Source of the DNA: Lepidodermella squamata
Lineage: Eukaryota > Animalia > Gastrotricha
Assembly: GCA_047495785.1 (NCBI GenBank)
Contig: JBLDXI010000002.1
Location: 1,674,001 to 1,738,000 of the forward strand
DNA: 64,000 nucleotides
Direction: 5' to 3'
The notes under the pieces are model-generated. The model saw nothing but the letters and a program-made list of their open reading frames with translations, had not been told where the DNA came from and made no database searches. A program made the position numbers and the translations under genes. Shown here in pieces: positions 62,654 to 64,000 of the stretch (position 1 is the stretch's first letter; each line of letters starts with the position of its first letter).

Positions 62654-64000
62654 ATGCCGAATCAACCCGCAGTTACATCGACGATCCGCGGCGCTATTGA
62701 AGCCATTTCCCGCCCGTTTGCGCAATGTTTCAACGGCAAAGTTCCGATTCGACTTCCGTCTAATTCATCCCTACTTATCGACTCTAAATCTTCAAGATCA
62801 CCCTCGCCAGTCGATGGTAAGAAATCTTTCATCTGGGACACTGACTGGTGGCGAAAGACTATCATCTACCAAATCTACCCTCGATCTTTCTGCGACTCGA
62901 ATGGCGACGGCACTGGCGACTTGCGAGGCATTATTTCAAAACTCGACTATTTTACCTATCTGAACATCAACTGCATATGGCTGAGCCCGATCTACCAGTC
63001 GCCTATGCACGATCACGGCTATGACATCAGCGACTACAAGGCGATTGACCCGGTTTTTGGGACATTGCAAGACTTCGACGAGCTGATCGACGGGCTTCAC
63101 CAGCGTGGCATCAAGCTGCTGATGGATTTTGTGCCGAATCACACGAGTCATGAACATCAATGGTTCAAGGAGAGTTCGAAATCACGTGACAACCCTTACT
63201 CGGATTACTACGTTTGGTCCGATGGCATTGTTGATGAAGACGGAACGCGTCGCCCGCCAAACAACTGGGTAAGCCATTTTAATTTCAAATTTTTTGAAAT
63301 TTTTAAAATTTTAAGTAATTAAATTTTAAAATTTAAATTAAATTGCTAAACTTTTGAAATTTTTGAGATTATTGAAATTATTGAAATTATTGAAATTATT
63401 GAAGATTTTGAAAATTTTGAAAATTTAAAATTTAAACTTATGAAATTTAAATTTTTGTAATTTTTATTGACTTCGAATTTTCGATTTTTCGATATTTTTT
63501 TATTTTTTAGCTGAGCCTATTTGGCGGTTCCATGTGGCAATGGTGCGAATCTCGTCAACAGTACTACCTTCACCAATTTTTGCCCGAACAACCCGACCTG
63601 AACTACCGAAACCCGAAAGTTTGCCAAGAAGTTGAGGACGCACTCGCTTTCTGGCTCGAACGTGGCGTCGACGGCTTCCGCGTTGATGCCATCAAACACC
63701 TCGTCGAAGCTGAGAATTTGTTCCAGGACGAAGAGCTAACAAACCAACCCGTTCCGCCCGAACACTACGACTCGGTCCGGCACCGTTTAACGGCTGATCA
63801 GCCCGAAAATCACGCCATAATTCAGGGCTGGCGGCGGTTGCTGGACAAATTTCACGAACGCGATGGCTCGTACCGATTTATGGTGTCGGAAATTTACGAA
63901 GACGCCGATACTACGCTGCAAACGGTGATGGAGCACTACCACAACGGCTGCGATGCGCCGTTCAATTTCCGACTGATCAGCCATTTCAACCCGGAATCTG
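62654..64000 (+). CDS. GH13 alpha-glucosidase/maltase-like, paralog 3 (3' end outside window)
   Basis: DWWRKTIIYQIYPRSF, MDFVPNHTS, intron after PPNNW with acceptor at 63510, GVDGFRVDAIKH, VSEIY, DAPFNF. Confidence 0.92.
63364..63403. repeat. Intronic 9-bp tandem repeat (ATTATTGAA) x about 4
   Basis: Directly visible tandem repeat. Confidence 0.8.

Overview
Eukaryotic (invertebrate animal) genomic DNA with short GT-AG introns (often 45-60 nt), AT-rich introns and no visible CpG depletion. From left to right: the 3' end of one Iroquois (Irx) gene and a complete tandem Irx paralog; TMEM144, ANKRD50 and an M6/proteolipid gene on the minus strand; a decayed DNA-transposase remnant; and three GH13 alpha-glucosidase paralogs with no evident signal peptide. 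Between glucosidases 1 and 2 lie two divergently transcribed secreted astacin-like genes whose zinc-binding motif is destroyed. Manual splicing joins the minus-strand one to the downstream lectin exons as one gene: dead astacin-EGF-CUB-kringle-unrecognised 4-Cys repeats-5 C-type lectins. A transposon nest separates the two genes. It holds a TIR element whose ends carry a 24-bp-periodic TAC-N9-GTA-N9 lattice, and an R2/NeSL-like retrotransposon with a hydrophobic leader followed by a 2A-like (DIEMNPGP) motif. All gene models are manual and family assignments come from motif recognition; no database searches were run.
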